A stretch of 50,741 bases of DNA, from contig NC_069003.1 in the NCBI RefSeq assembly GCF_001194135.2, forward strand, positions 1,786,057 to 1,836,797, written 5' to 3'. Of this stretch, positions 1 through 12,263 are shown piece after piece. Each line of letters opens with the position of its first letter. The first letter of the stretch is position 1. The notes beneath the pieces were generated by a model. That model did not search any database. It saw only the letters and a program-made list of their open reading frames with translations, and had not been told where the DNA came from. The DNA is from Octopus bimaculoides. Taxonomy: Eukaryota. Made by a program: the position numbers and the translations under genes.

Positions 1-42
<42 letters not shown>

Positions 43-1117
43 GATATATATATACACATACACACACACATTCATACATATATATATATGCATGTAAGCA
101 CGAATGCATGTATATATTTATATAGATATATAGATACATATAGACATGTATACAAAGAAGAGAGAGCGGTAAGCTGGTGTATTGAACAATATATGAGTAA
201 AAACATGTGTCGCTCGGTTCGATCCCATAGCGCAGCAACTGATGCACTCTAACCAGAGGTGTTGTACTGGCGTCATATTCGTTTCCCCAAACAGCCATAA
301 AATTGCTCTACATTCAACTAGCAATATTATTTGAATGGTTCTATCACATCCTATCATATCCCATAATACAAGCCGCTTTGCACAACATTCGTTCATAGAA
401 TATAGCATCGTAAAAATAGCGATTGCAGCGTAAAGCAACGCACGCCATTACAGAAACAACAAAGGAAAGCGATAAAATGTAAAACGAGTTAACTTTCATT
501 TCTCTCCGGCAAATTGTATGAATATTGCTCATTAAAAGAACCCTCGATATGCACTAGAATCGTCCAAACATTCTGTCGCCCTAATGAAGAGCTAGAAACT
601 TGACGAATATTTCAAAGACATTATTGCCACGTAATTTGGAATTAATCAGGAATTCGGAACACCATAATTGTTACAATTACTGGAAAACATCAAACAGGTA
701 TATTACCCTGCAACTGACCATAAAAAAAAAATTGTGATAGAGAGAAAGATAAAGGGAGAAAAAGAGGAACGATGATAGATGGAGTTGCGGAACGGTAGAA
801 GCAATGGAAATATGCGTGGCGTTTGATGGTGTGAGTAAAAATGAGAAAGAAGGAGAGAGGGAGAGGGTGAGAGAGAGAGATAAATGGCAGATTAATGGCT
901 GTTTTTGAAGGTGGCAGCAAAACACAGTAGAATATGCAACACAGGGTTGGTTGAGCGAAAAGAAGCCAAGCTACGTGTAATTGCTCGGTCTGCTAGAGAT
1001 AACAGTTCAATCTCAAATATATCACTGAGGTTATATAGAAGTAAGGAAGGGCACATTATTCTTTTAAAAAGATAAACTCCATTACATGTTGGATGGAGGA
1101 TGTGTGCTTTTGGTCCT

Positions 1118-1300
1118 AGGCGGCGAACTGGCAGAATCGATGGCGTCACCAAGTGAAGTACTGTGCTGCGTTTCGCCCGTCGATAAGTTCTGAGTTCAAA
1201 TTCCGCCGAGACCGGCTTTGCTTTTTATCCTTTCGGATTCGATAAAATAAATACAAATCCTGGGTACTAGTATAAGCAACTGTCCCTCGTCTTCCAAGCC
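1118..1300 (+). mobile_element. SINE family A copy (tRNA-like head), diverged
   Basis: AGGCGGCGAACTGGCAGAATCG head (A-box-like), GAGTTCAAATTCCGCCGAG (B-box-like) and the TTTATCCTTTCGG body match many other copies in the window. Confidence 0.8.
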
Positions 1301-1414
1301 GGGTCGATCCAGTGTGGCAGAGAAAGCTCATCAAAATTGTATGATCTTAAACTGAAATTAACAGCCTGCAATGCAGACCGTATCTGGTGGAGAGGTAGAC
1401 AAATTCACCTGCAT

Positions 1415-1545
1415 AACAGGTATGTGTAATGTAGTAGAAGCTTGCTTGCTAACCATATGGATCTGGGTTCAGTCTTATTGCTTGGTAATTTGGGCAAGTG
1501 ACTTCAGCTATAGCATTCGAGTCGAACATCGGTTTACGAGTAGAG
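1415..1545 (+). mobile_element. SINE family B head, strongly diverged
   Basis: GCTTGCTTGCTAACCATATGGATCTGGGTTCAGTC...TTGGGCAAGTGACTTCAGCTATAGC aligns by eye to the copy at 29432-29600. Confidence 0.6.
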
Positions 1546-1574
1546 AGGGGGGGCAGAAAGAAGCACGTCGCATA

Positions 1575-1674
1575 CACACACACATATATATATATTTGTA
1601 TGCATACATATTTATACACACACACACACACACACATTATATATATACATATATATATATATATNNNNNNNNNN

Positions 1675-1745
<71 letters not shown>
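1575..1745. repeat. (CA)n/(TA)n microsatellite spanning a 10-N gap (1665-1674)
   Basis: Directly visible. Confidence 0.95.
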
Positions 1746-1747
<2 letters not shown>

Positions 1748-1989
1748 TAAATTGCCATAATTGATGAGACAAAAAAATAATAAAAAACGAAAAGTTGATG
1801 ATGAGACTCAAAGAACTACTGTTAAAAATATGAAAGGCACCAGCAATGATTCTAGGGTAACTCTGTTCAGCAGAACCATTTTCTTCACAACGATCTCTTT
1901 GCAGGTTTTGCAGAGCCGCGTTTATTTTGATTACTGAGATGTTCATAGAATCTTCTAGTTCTTAAGATTTTTTGATCTTCAGCTGGATT

Positions 1990-2400
1990 TGCATACAGCG
2001 TAAAGGAGGGATAAGAGAGAAAGGGAGTGAAGGGGAGGAGAAAAGAGAGAGAGTGGGAGAGAGAGAGTGGAAAGAGGGCGTGTTGAAGGGAGATAAAAGT
2101 GTCATGAATAGAAAGCATGAGAGACACATATGTGAAGACTAATTCAAAGAATCCTGTGTGACAGAGAAGTCGTTAATGCATGTACCTGTTAAAGAGGAGG
2201 GGCGGTGAGTTGGTATGATGTAATATGTGATAGGATGTTGAAGAGAAGGGGTAAGAGAGAGACAGAGAAAGAGTGAGAGAGTGGGATCGAAAAAGTGCGT
2301 GTGTTTGTGAGAGCGTGGGTATGAGAGAGAGTGAAGGCGAGTGATAGAATGAAAGACCGATCGACGGATAATTGATTATATAAAAACTTCGAAACAAAAG
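1990..2400. repeat. GA-rich polypurine low-complexity tract
   Basis: Degenerate (GA)n runs on the + strand. Confidence 0.85.
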
Positions 2401-2579
2401 ACTTTGTGTGAGCGATAGATGTGTGCACGTGTGTGTGTGTGTGTGGGTGTGTTTATGTACATGAAAGAAAGAAAGACAGAGAGACGGAGAGCAAGAATGT
2501 GTGTGTGTGAGTGTGCGTGTGAATAGCTTTTTATCTACCTATCTGTCTATTAATTTACGTATATGTTCTTATATAAAGA

Positions 2580-2646
2580 GTGCATATATACATACACATA
2601 TATATGCACCTATCTATCTATACATATATATATATATATTTACATT

Positions 2647-2695
<49 letters not shown>

Positions 2696-2855
2696 GTATG
2701 TAAGTATGGATATATGTATATGTGTATATATGAACGTATTGGTAGGTATATGCATACATATGCACACATATAATTAGCGTGCACTACATACTTTATTCGA
2801 GGAATGAATTAAACGAACGCAAACCTTCATACAAAATTCCCAAACAGCAAAGGAT

Positions 2856-2887
<32 letters not shown>

Positions 2888-2987
2888 ATACACACACCAC
2901 ACTGATTATCAGCCAATATAGACAGACATATATGTGTGTGTGCCTGTGTGTGTATGTATATATACATATATATATACAATATCTATA

Positions 2988-3071
<84 letters not shown>

Positions 3072-3270
3072 TACACACAAACGATATACATTAGCACAGC
3101 TGCTACTTCTGCAATATATTGCACAGAACACTCACCATAGAATAGAACACATAAATACACAAACCACATAAAGTAGATAACAAGAGCAACAACAACAACA
3201 ACAACAACAAATACAATTAGAGCATAGCAAAAACAACAACCACAACAGCAAGGACAACAACAATCCCCCA
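2580..3270. repeat. Compound microsatellite (TA)n, (CA)n, long (TG)n at about 2990-3064, (CAA)n
   Basis: Directly visible. Confidence 0.95.
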
Positions 3271-3589
3271 CAAACGCAAACATGAAACAACGCTGAATCA
3301 CTCGGCGCACGTTTATAGTTTGGAAAACGGTGAAACAAAGCGATGTCGAATGATTCATCCCCACCACCTTCTACAAACCCTACATATACCCCCCTCGCTT
3401 CTTTCCCCTCCCACACCACAACATTCCCCTACTCTGTTGAACACTCCTGCACCCCACCAAACCCACAACCAATTCAACATGGAATTGTCTTTGCGGAATT
3501 AGGCATGCAGCATTCTATTGCGTTCTATTGAAGGCAGCGATGTTGCACATTGTGTATTGCACATGTATAAAGGTTTAATGCAACGAGTA

Positions 3590-3591
3590 TA

Positions 3592-3644
<53 letters not shown>

Positions 3645-4430
3645 ATAGCAAGTGGAGACTGAGTGAGATGATAGATTTGAGAGAAAGAGGGAGGAAGAAA
3701 GAGAAAGGAAGACTGAGAGAGAGAACGAGAGTGATGTAGAGAGGGAGAAAATGATCAAACTTGCTGTATGTACCTTAACTGTTGTCTCTGGTTACGGAGC
3801 ATTCATTAGGGTAATGACTTTGTGATAGGAGCGTTTGGAAAGAAAGGAAAAGAGTGAGAGGAGGAGTGAAAGATAGAAGGGCAAGCGTTATATATATATA
3901 TAAACAGAGAGAGAGAGAGAGAGAGTTAGTGATAAGGGAGAGAAAGAAAATGAAAGGTTTAATGAGAGATAAAATATAGATCAATAAATATAGAGAGAAA
4001 ATGGATAGAGGGAGAGAAGGAGAGTGATAATGAAGGAGTGAGACGAAAAGAGAGAATGAGAAGAAGAGAGAAAACGAAAAAGAAAGAGAATGAGAGTGCG
4101 AAGAAGATAGTGACTGATTGATAGAGAGAAGAGAAAAGAAAAGGAGTAAAGAGAACAGTGAAAGAGATAAAGAAAGTAATTGAGTGAAGCATTGAAAGTG
4201 AGGGAAAGACAGAGTTTCATTGAGAGTGTCGGAGAAGGAAGCGGTTCATTGCGTAACACCAAGAGAGAAAGAGAGAGAAAGACAGAAAGGAAGAAAGGGA
4301 ACGGGGATGCAGATAGGATATAGAGAAAAGGATTAATAAAGGAAATGAACAAAAGAGAATAAAACGATAGAAGAGGAAAGCAAAGAGTTAAAGAAAGAGT
4401 GGGGTGAAAGAGAGGGTTCGATTGAAATGG
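3590..4430. repeat. (GA)n and degenerate polypurine tract
   Basis: About 800 bp that is almost entirely A/G on the + strand. Confidence 0.9.
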
Positions 4431-6031
4431 TTGGGAAAGCAGTTAGGTTGCTATGTAGGTGTGCTTCCTTTCAACTTTTCTATATGTCATCTTTGTGTGT
4501 GTACGTAGATGTATTAGGTGGTGATTGGCATGGGATTATAGTTGGATTGTTGAAAGGACATGGATGGTTAGATAGATGGAATTGTGGTTAAATGGTCGGT
4601 GGATGGTAGGGGTGGATGCTGCTGCTGCCGCTGCTGCCTTCATAAGTGAATAGTTAAATGGATGGTTTCGTTGAAAGCTAGCTTGATTAGATGGTTGTTT
4701 GGTAGTTGCTGTTGCTGTTTAACCCGCAAGACAACACTAAGCAGATCAATGGTAAAATGTGAACCATCCATCACAACACATGGCATGGTAATTGAAGGAC
4801 TACATGGTCAAACATGTATTTCCATCCTTTATTTTTAAGTTTTATTTATTATTTTTATCTTCATTTTTATTTAAATAGACAAAACGTGATTAGAGGTACA
4901 TACGTCTACCATATCTAGGACATGGGGTGACCATGGATTGTCCCTCCTAAGAATTGTTAGCTTGTCACAATATTGGGGAAACGGGGTTATTACATAGACA
5001 CATGATTAGGTGGATATATGATGTCATTGTTGAAATTTTAGGGAATTTGACTGCTATTTCTTGAAGGTCGAATATGTTACGTAATTAATACATGATGTCG
5101 ACGAAAGTATTTTTAGACAAAGGAGCTTAACCAGAGCGTTTTCTCTGCGCAGTAAGCACCCACCCCTTTCTATCTGACCCGATTTCCTGGATTTCAGACT
5201 GAACTGACAAATTCCACTTCAGAGAGACGAAGGGAAAAAGGAGAACGGGTAGAAGGGGTTTAGGAGATTGTTAAACAGAGTGAGTGAGATAGAGAGAAAT
5301 AGAGAGAAAGAGAGGAGGGAGAGTGAGGAAGGGGCGTAACTATTTCTTGGAACCAAGGAGGAGGAAGTAGAATAAAATGAAGCGTGAAATAGAAGCTGAA
5401 AGAGAAATAGATAGAAGGAGGAAGGATGCAGATAAGGTTGGCGAATAGTTCAAGCAATGACTGAGATGAAAGCGGGAAATGATGCGTCTGATAGGAAGAA
5501 GAATTTATAGGAAAGAGAGATGAAGAGAGAGAAAGTGGGTTAAAAGAAAGTGTAAAGCATGGAAAGTATCAAATAGTTATGGATTAAAGAGGATGATCTT
5601 TCTTAATAATATAAGATTTTCACTTCATGAAACTGTGAATGCTTTCAAATTAACAGCCTGCATGGCTTTCGTTCGGAATGTTATTGTTTTAAATTAAGCT
5701 TTTACGCTTTTCTATTCTTTTCGTACTCTTCAATTATGCTTCTATCGCCATTGTTTTTAATCATGTTTGTGTAGCATGCGAGAATACAACTTCCCCGATG
5801 ACATACACGCTGAAAGTGCCACAGGGTCAAGAGCATGTTTTCGTTCGGCAACAAATGAGATGAAACCAGCTAGGATTTCAGAAATAGAAATCGGTTCGTT
5901 ATCAAAAAAGACCGTGTCGAAAACGTACAGGAGTCGAATAGATAAAACGTGATTTACAGTTGTCATCGTAGTTGTTGTTGTTGTGGCTGTTGTTGTTGGT
6001 ATTATTACTACTACTACTACTACTATTACTG

Positions 6032-6242
6032 AAGGCGGTGAGGTGGGAGGATCCTTAGCACGCTGGACGAAATATTTAGCGGTATTTCGCCCGTCTTTAC
6101 GTTCTGATTTCAAATTCCGCCGTGGCCGACTTTGCCGTTCGTCCTCTCGAGGTCGCTAAAATAAGTACCAGTTGAACACTAGCGTCGGCGTAATAGACTC
6201 ATCTCCACCTCCCTCAAGCTGCCCTTGTGGTAAAGATTTGAA
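6032..6242 (+). mobile_element. SINE family A copy
   Basis: AAGGCGGTGAG head after (CTA/TTA)n; GATTTCAAATTCCGCCG; AAAATAAGTACCAGTT; tail ending GATTTGAAAT. Confidence 0.85.
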
Positions 6243-6376
6243 ATAAATCATCATTATTGTTGCAGGCAGATAGCTGAGAGAATCATTAGCATCGACATTT
6301 ACCTTTGGAATAAAAACCCAGGTTCGAAATGTCCTTAAGACACCTGATGAAGGCTGGAGGGTATATAAACTGAAAC

Positions 6377-6560
6377 GTTGGAAATGCACCACGATATCAG
6401 CTGTTTACTACCAGTGAACTAAAGTAACACCTCTTATTTTTCGAGCACCTTCCGGAGTATTCGAGCGGTTCCAACCAGTGATGTTTTCTGCAAGTGCTCC
6501 ACCCTTATTGTAGTGCTTATTTCTATCATGTACGTCTCGAGATTTTTCGTGAACTTCTGT
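6377..6560 (-). mobile_element. 5'-truncated 3' end of an RLE-type non-LTR retrotransposon (R4/Dong-like)
   Basis: The minus strand reads MIEISTTIRVEHLQKTSLVGTARILRKVLEK* (stop at 6434-6436), matching the LQK..LLGTARILR C-terminal motif of RLE-clade LINE ORFs. The 3' UTR is shared with the copy at 26090-26225, and the 5' junction lies in a (TAA)n run. Confidence 0.75.
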
Positions 6561-7432
6561 GATTATTATTATTATTATTATTATTATTACAGTCAATTGC
6601 TAAGTTTTATTTCTATTCACTTTTGTCATGAAAGTTATTTCTTGCTTGGTGTCTTCGTGGAATATATTCAACAGGTTTTGTTAATGCTTTTTCATGCTTC
6701 CTATTCTAAATGACGAGGAATTTTGGTTGGCTTCATGCTTTCATTGGGAAATACTTCATAACACAGAACACATAGTTCCTCCTCGTCGCTACCACCGTTG
6801 CACCATATAATTCCCAATGATATGTTCTCACCACAATATTTACGAGTTTTCCGTTTTCAAACCAGAGCCACTACTTTCTTTTTTATTATTTAACACGTTT
6901 TATCTACCTGTATTTTCGTTATTCATTTCGCTTTAATGCGCTTCCGTTTTTTCTTTGTCTTTTTGTTTTCGTATTTTCCTTTCCATCTATAATTACCTGG
7001 GGATTATATGACGAGATACGCACAGCACTTGTTTTCCATTGATGTACCGCATACTGCTATGAAAAGCATAATTCAGATACATGTACCGTACAGAATTTAT
7101 CCAAATATGTTGCGTTCAAATGTATTTAAATTGGTACCGGTCAAACAATCAGGCTTCGTGCATTTTATGGCCCGTTACGTCAATGCTGATAAAAGTTGAT
7201 TTCCGGTTCAGAATATGCAAGGCAAAATATCATGTAACGAATTCGCAATATTCTGTATTCGCAACTAGAAATTTTCACATGCCTATGACTTTGATATCGT
7301 CGCTAATGAGATGATGCATTAAAGTCACGTAATTACGCAAAAAAACACAAGTAATATCTTGGTCCATTCAGAATGGACCTATCCTCTGAATTCGATCTCG
7401 TAGTATTCACAGAGTCTTTATCAGCCTTATTC

Positions 7433-7632
7433 TTTTCGAATTTAGGTACAAGGCCCGAAAATTTTGGAGAGGGGGCGCCACTCGATTAGATCGACCCCAG
7501 TATGCAACTGACCCCGAAAGGATGAAAAGCAAAGTCGACCTCGGCGGAATTTGAACTAAAAATGTAAAGGCAGACGAAACGCCGTTAAGCATTTTGCCAG
7601 GCGTGTAACGTTTCTGCCAGCTCCCCACCATC
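7433..7632 (-). mobile_element. SINE family A copy with a small internal deletion
   Basis: Reverse complement of the A consensus (GCAAAGTCGACCTCGGCGGAATTTGAACT; TTTCTGCCAGCTC). Confidence 0.85.
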
Positions 7633-7860
7633 TTTATCAACCGTTTAAAATTTTAAGCTCAGCTCACGAACTGTCTGTATTGTTATTATTATTGAGACAT
7701 CGAAACGTGTGTATATTTATGTGTGTGCCTGTGGTTTTGTGCATGCGCATGTGTGTGTGTGTATGCGTGTGCACCGAGAGTTCGCATAGCGTGTGTGGGG
7801 AGGGGGTTACCGCTGGTCAGATCCAATTCTGTCCTCAATCTCTTTCGAACTACCATGCAA

Positions 7861-8050
7861 TACGAAGGGCTGCTGAAAAATTCCTGGCTTTAAGCGTACC
7901 ATGAAAGCCCCAGCTGGAGGCCCCATCGTCAGAGTTCAATTACGGGGTTTCGAAAACCTGAAGAACTGCTTCTAAAACGTGTGTAAATCTGGGTGGCGTA
8001 TATGTTGAATAAAATCATCATTAACCGATCCGCTGTACTCTCTTTTACAC
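7861..8050 (+). mobile_element. Internally deleted mariner-like element
   Basis: TA followed by CGAAGGGCTGCTGAAAAATTCCTGGCTT resembles a mariner TIR. About 120 bp later, TCVNLGGVYVE* (7977-8012) resembles the mariner transposase C-terminus (KCV.L.GEYVE*). The right TIR is not visible. Confidence 0.55.
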
Positions 8051-8974
8051 AAGAATAGCTACCGTGTTGAGATAAAAACAAATCAACAGGTTAAATTGCA
8101 ACAATTTGTCACTAAATGATGTAACGTCAGGATTACTAAATGTACTGGATTATCAATCCGATCATAGTTTACTGAAAATTGTATGGGTTGCGTACGTAGA
8201 TAAATGACTAGAAGTTGTCTCCCTCGACAATGTTGTTTCTATGTTATCTCTCAACTTCTAGAGATAACTGGTTAAACTTTGTTAAATCATATCTCCTTAA
8301 AATGAGAAACGTTCGTTTGCTAATCTAGTCATGAATGCATTACAGACAAAGGAATATAAAGCCGTATGTTGATAGAGTGAATTTTGCTAATCATATGTGC
8401 GTCTGCTGAATCAACAGACACATAAGGTAACACATAAAAATTATAACTAACAATTACATGAATGGGGCGTCAGAAATTTCTCTCTCCGCGAACAATGTTA
8501 GTTATGTCTATTTACAAAATGCAGCACATGTGTTCAGTTAAATATACGTTGCTGCTTGTTTAACGAATACTGCAACATAATTTACTGAATTCTGTTTCCA
8601 TTGCATTGCTAAACTTTCCTATGTGTGTATTACGCAGTAACAATTACGTAGAACAAGATGAACTAGTATTAATAATGAATTTAACGGTCGAGAGAAATGA
8701 TAAGAAAAACATTAAACACTTCAAAAGAATGAAATTAAGATAAATTGAATACAGAAATTGTTTTCGATCGGGAGACTACGTAAAGGTGATCCGCTTCTAA
8801 ACTGAAAGCAATATTTCAGTTTATTTTTACTAATTAATTATTTAATAGATATTATTTAATAAGTGATTTACTCACTGTTGTTAGGAAAGTTAACTTTGTT
8901 GAAAGATTTCGAAATATGTGCTCAAGAAAATATATCTTCGTATATACCATATGCGCAATTGTTTATATATATAT

Positions 8975-8996
8975 TGAGGGAGAGAGACAGAGAGAA

Positions 8997-9043
<47 letters not shown>

Positions 9044-9123
9044 AAGAGAGATAGCGTGTGTGTGAGTGAGAGTGTGAAAGAAAGATAGAGTGAGAAAGAA
9101 AGAAAGAAAGGTAAAAGAAAGGA

Positions 9124-9203
<80 letters not shown>
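8975..9203. repeat. (GA)n microsatellite
   Basis: Directly visible, with a long perfect run at about 9130-9202. Confidence 0.95.
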
Positions 9204-9206
<3 letters not shown>

Positions 9207-10854
9207 TTATTCTGATTTAGTTACAGTAGTATTTGCAAGGTGCCAAACTATAAAACTGCCCACTTAATTCCAATTGTCTAATACGGAAACAGTGAAGAAT
9301 TACTACTCGAATAAATAGCATTTTGGTCTCATAGCAAATCCAGATGTAAATACTCTTGGCCTCCGATCTCTTTACGAATCACAGTAAGAGATGATGCATT
9401 ATCAATCTCATAATACTTAAGCATGATTAAAGCGCGCAACACCTCATCTGTGACCATAAGAAATATTTTGTTAGGTTTAATGGGAACAAGAAGACGTAAC
9501 GCTTACAAAATGAAATTGCACTGAGAATCCTATTCGCCAGAATTTTGATGGAGTGATTCCTTGTAATCATTTCATATACAAAATACAACACACTTCCAAT
9601 CACGACTGTATACAGAGAGTGAAGATCTATCAGGACACTGGTTATAACTCTGTCATTTATTGAAACTAATAGCAACAGTGAAAAATTTGGTTAATACCAG
9701 AACGTTCCTTCATCTATTTATCTCTGTTCCATCACTTAAAAAATGCAAATTCAATTTCTGTTTCTTTTAACTTTTATGCATGTTTTCATCTATATTTTGT
9801 TTTATATTTATTGAGGTTTTCTTATGTTGGATATAATTAGCTTACTTTTATTACCTGTTAATGTATCTGAAGAATTTTTCTGATTTTTTTCCTTTTAGCG
9901 ATATGAGGCACGCGCTTAGAAAGTTGATCAGGATGTATTATCATAATTAGTTGTGATAAATATTTCGCTTACAACCATTTCAGATATTCTTATTTTAAAT
10001 TGACTATAATATAATTTTCTTGTGCATAAAACATATTGAATATGGTTACATGTATGTATATATAATTGTTTCTGTGTATATGTACACACAAACACACAGA
10101 CATACATACACACACACATACACACACACGCAGGATGAATACGTACATATATATGCAAGAAGATCATGTACATCTCAGAAGAGAAAGTATTCGTGTATAC
10201 ACAAATACATGTATACACATTGTAGTCCGACTGATTCTGGAAATAACATAGGATATAAATACGGAATGTATAAATCACCAGTGCCTTAAAATTGTCTTTC
10301 ATTGTCGTATGGAAGTTCAGAATATTTGTTCTAGCTTTTTGGCAAACGCAAGATTGTACAAACAAGTGCAAAGACATTTTCTTCATTTGCATCATCTTGG
10401 GTAATAATTTAAATTGTGGGCCGCTGTCCTTACGGTTACGAAACGATAAATCAAACAGAGACATATGCATGGTTAACACAGAATGTTATAGTATAACTTC
10501 GTTTTCATATTGTTCGAATCTGTATATTTTACACCAAACAGAGAAGTCGACGGTAGTTTATAGCTTCAGCATTGGAAAACTATTCCCAAAATTAATACAA
10601 GGAGAGCAAGGTCAATCCATTATAGAACTTCTCCTTGGTAGGAAAATCTATGCTGTATCAATGTTGCCTAAATCTGTGTTGGATCAATGTTACACAGGTA
10701 GAAGTAGAAAAGGCGAAAGCGTGGTTGTACTCGCCCTGTGTTTGCTGCGTGAAGTAACATAACAGTAAAAGAGACGGGGAACATTTCTATAATTATTTGG
10801 GTGGTTGGAAACCCATTCTTAATAACCATGAAAGTTCTCAAGATCTTTATATGA

Positions 10855-10889
10855 TAAATACACACACACACATATGTATCCATGCATAG

Positions 10890-10927
<38 letters not shown>

Positions 10928-11052
10928 TTGTGTATGCTTGTGCAGATGCATCTATATTATATACGTTACCGTTTACATGAATATGTGTGTGTGTGTGTGT
11001 GTGAAAACGTACACAAAATGTATGCATATAATCAAACAGACAAATAAGCACG

Positions 11053-11095
<43 letters not shown>

Positions 11096-11389
11096 GCACA
11101 CACACACACACACGCAAATGTATGCAGAGAGACACACACTCACAAATATGCATACATACACGCGCACATACACACACGCGCGCGCATACATGAAAATACA
11201 CGTAGAAATACACGTAGAAATTCACGCAGAAACACACGTACAAACACACACAGAGCAGATATATATGTATGTATGTATATGTATATACGTGTGTGTATAT
11301 ATATCTATGTATATATATGTATATACGTGTGTATATATATCTATGTATATATATATATATAAATACATATATATATACATATATATAAA

Positions 11390-11430
<41 letters not shown>
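10855..11430. repeat. Compound (TG)n/(CA)n/(TA)n, including a 12-bp unit (AAATACACGTAG-like) about x4 at 11193-11240
   Basis: Directly visible. Confidence 0.9.
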
Positions 11431-11432
<2 letters not shown>

Positions 11433-12009
11433 TATCCACTGTATATGTGCCTTTTCGTGAGAGTAGCTCTGGATTTCGTTTGTATTCACATGCCTAAGTT
11501 TCTATAATCATAATATTTTCCGTTTCTTTTTACAGGAACCGCTCGCCTTATGTAAGGCTTCCTGACTGATATATAAGGTTATCTGATATAGAGCAGAGAA
11601 GCCTGGGTATATTACACCATGGAAGCCTTAACAAGACAGATATCACTCAAGCTTAGAAATCTCAACTCGCTATATTACTCTCTCTTTCTCTCCCTCTCTC
11701 TCTATTCCTCTCTCACAAACTCTCGCTCGCTTTCGTCTGTTAACTCATTTTCTCTGTTCTCCTGTCTCTTTCTTACACACACGTGAATCCTCGCCTGTTC
11801 ATATATAAAAGATATAACACTACCACAAACACATGAATTGGAAAGTTAAATCATACATCATGAGTGAGACATATACACATGTATTTTGAGTAATAAAAAT
11901 ACACAAATATATACAGATACAAGCAGATACATCCACACACATACATACATGTGGACAGGGTTAAAATCCAAACTGTGTCTTCTTAATACCAAAACATATT
12001 CCAATCTCT

Positions 12010-12263
12010 TCTTCAGTCGCCTCAGATTGACATCCAAACACTCTGAAATGTTCGTACTGGAACCTCTGGCACGAATGCTGAGCAGTACAGCATGTCGTTT
12101 CCAGATTTCTGGCAGAGTGAATTGTGCCATGGTGGTTTTTCGTCACAGACGGTGCCCAACTGACCTCACTATACTGACTGTGTAGTCGAGAAAATCAAAA
12201 AACAAACGATATGCATGCGTGAAATTAAAAACATAGAACGGTGACAATTTATCCATCGCATCC
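12010..12263 (-). mobile_element. Tc1/mariner-type transposon left end plus N-terminal transposase remnant
   Basis: The minus strand has a TIR-like start (GGATGCGATGGATAAATTGTCACC), then ATG at 12130 giving MAQFTLPEIWKRHAVLLSIRARGSSTNISECLDVNLR. This is an HTH-like N-terminus (I..CL.VN.R) typical of maT/mariner-like transposases; similarity is lost after about 12010. Family assignment is from recall, not a search. Confidence 0.6.

Noticed and set aside
578-605. CTAATGAAGAGCTAGAAAC hammerhead-like string
   Set aside because: G5 is mutated, helix II is essentially absent and there is no cleavage triplet.
913-1040. Possible exon VAAKHSRICNTGLVERKEAKLRV... ending at a GTAAGG donor
   Set aside because: The acceptor is weak, the peptide is unrecognised and there are no partner exons.
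10292-10762. 156-aa ORF in non-repetitive sequence
   Set aside because: No recognisable motif, an atypical composition and no clear splice signals. It cannot be supported without a homology search, though a significant BLAST hit would reverse this.
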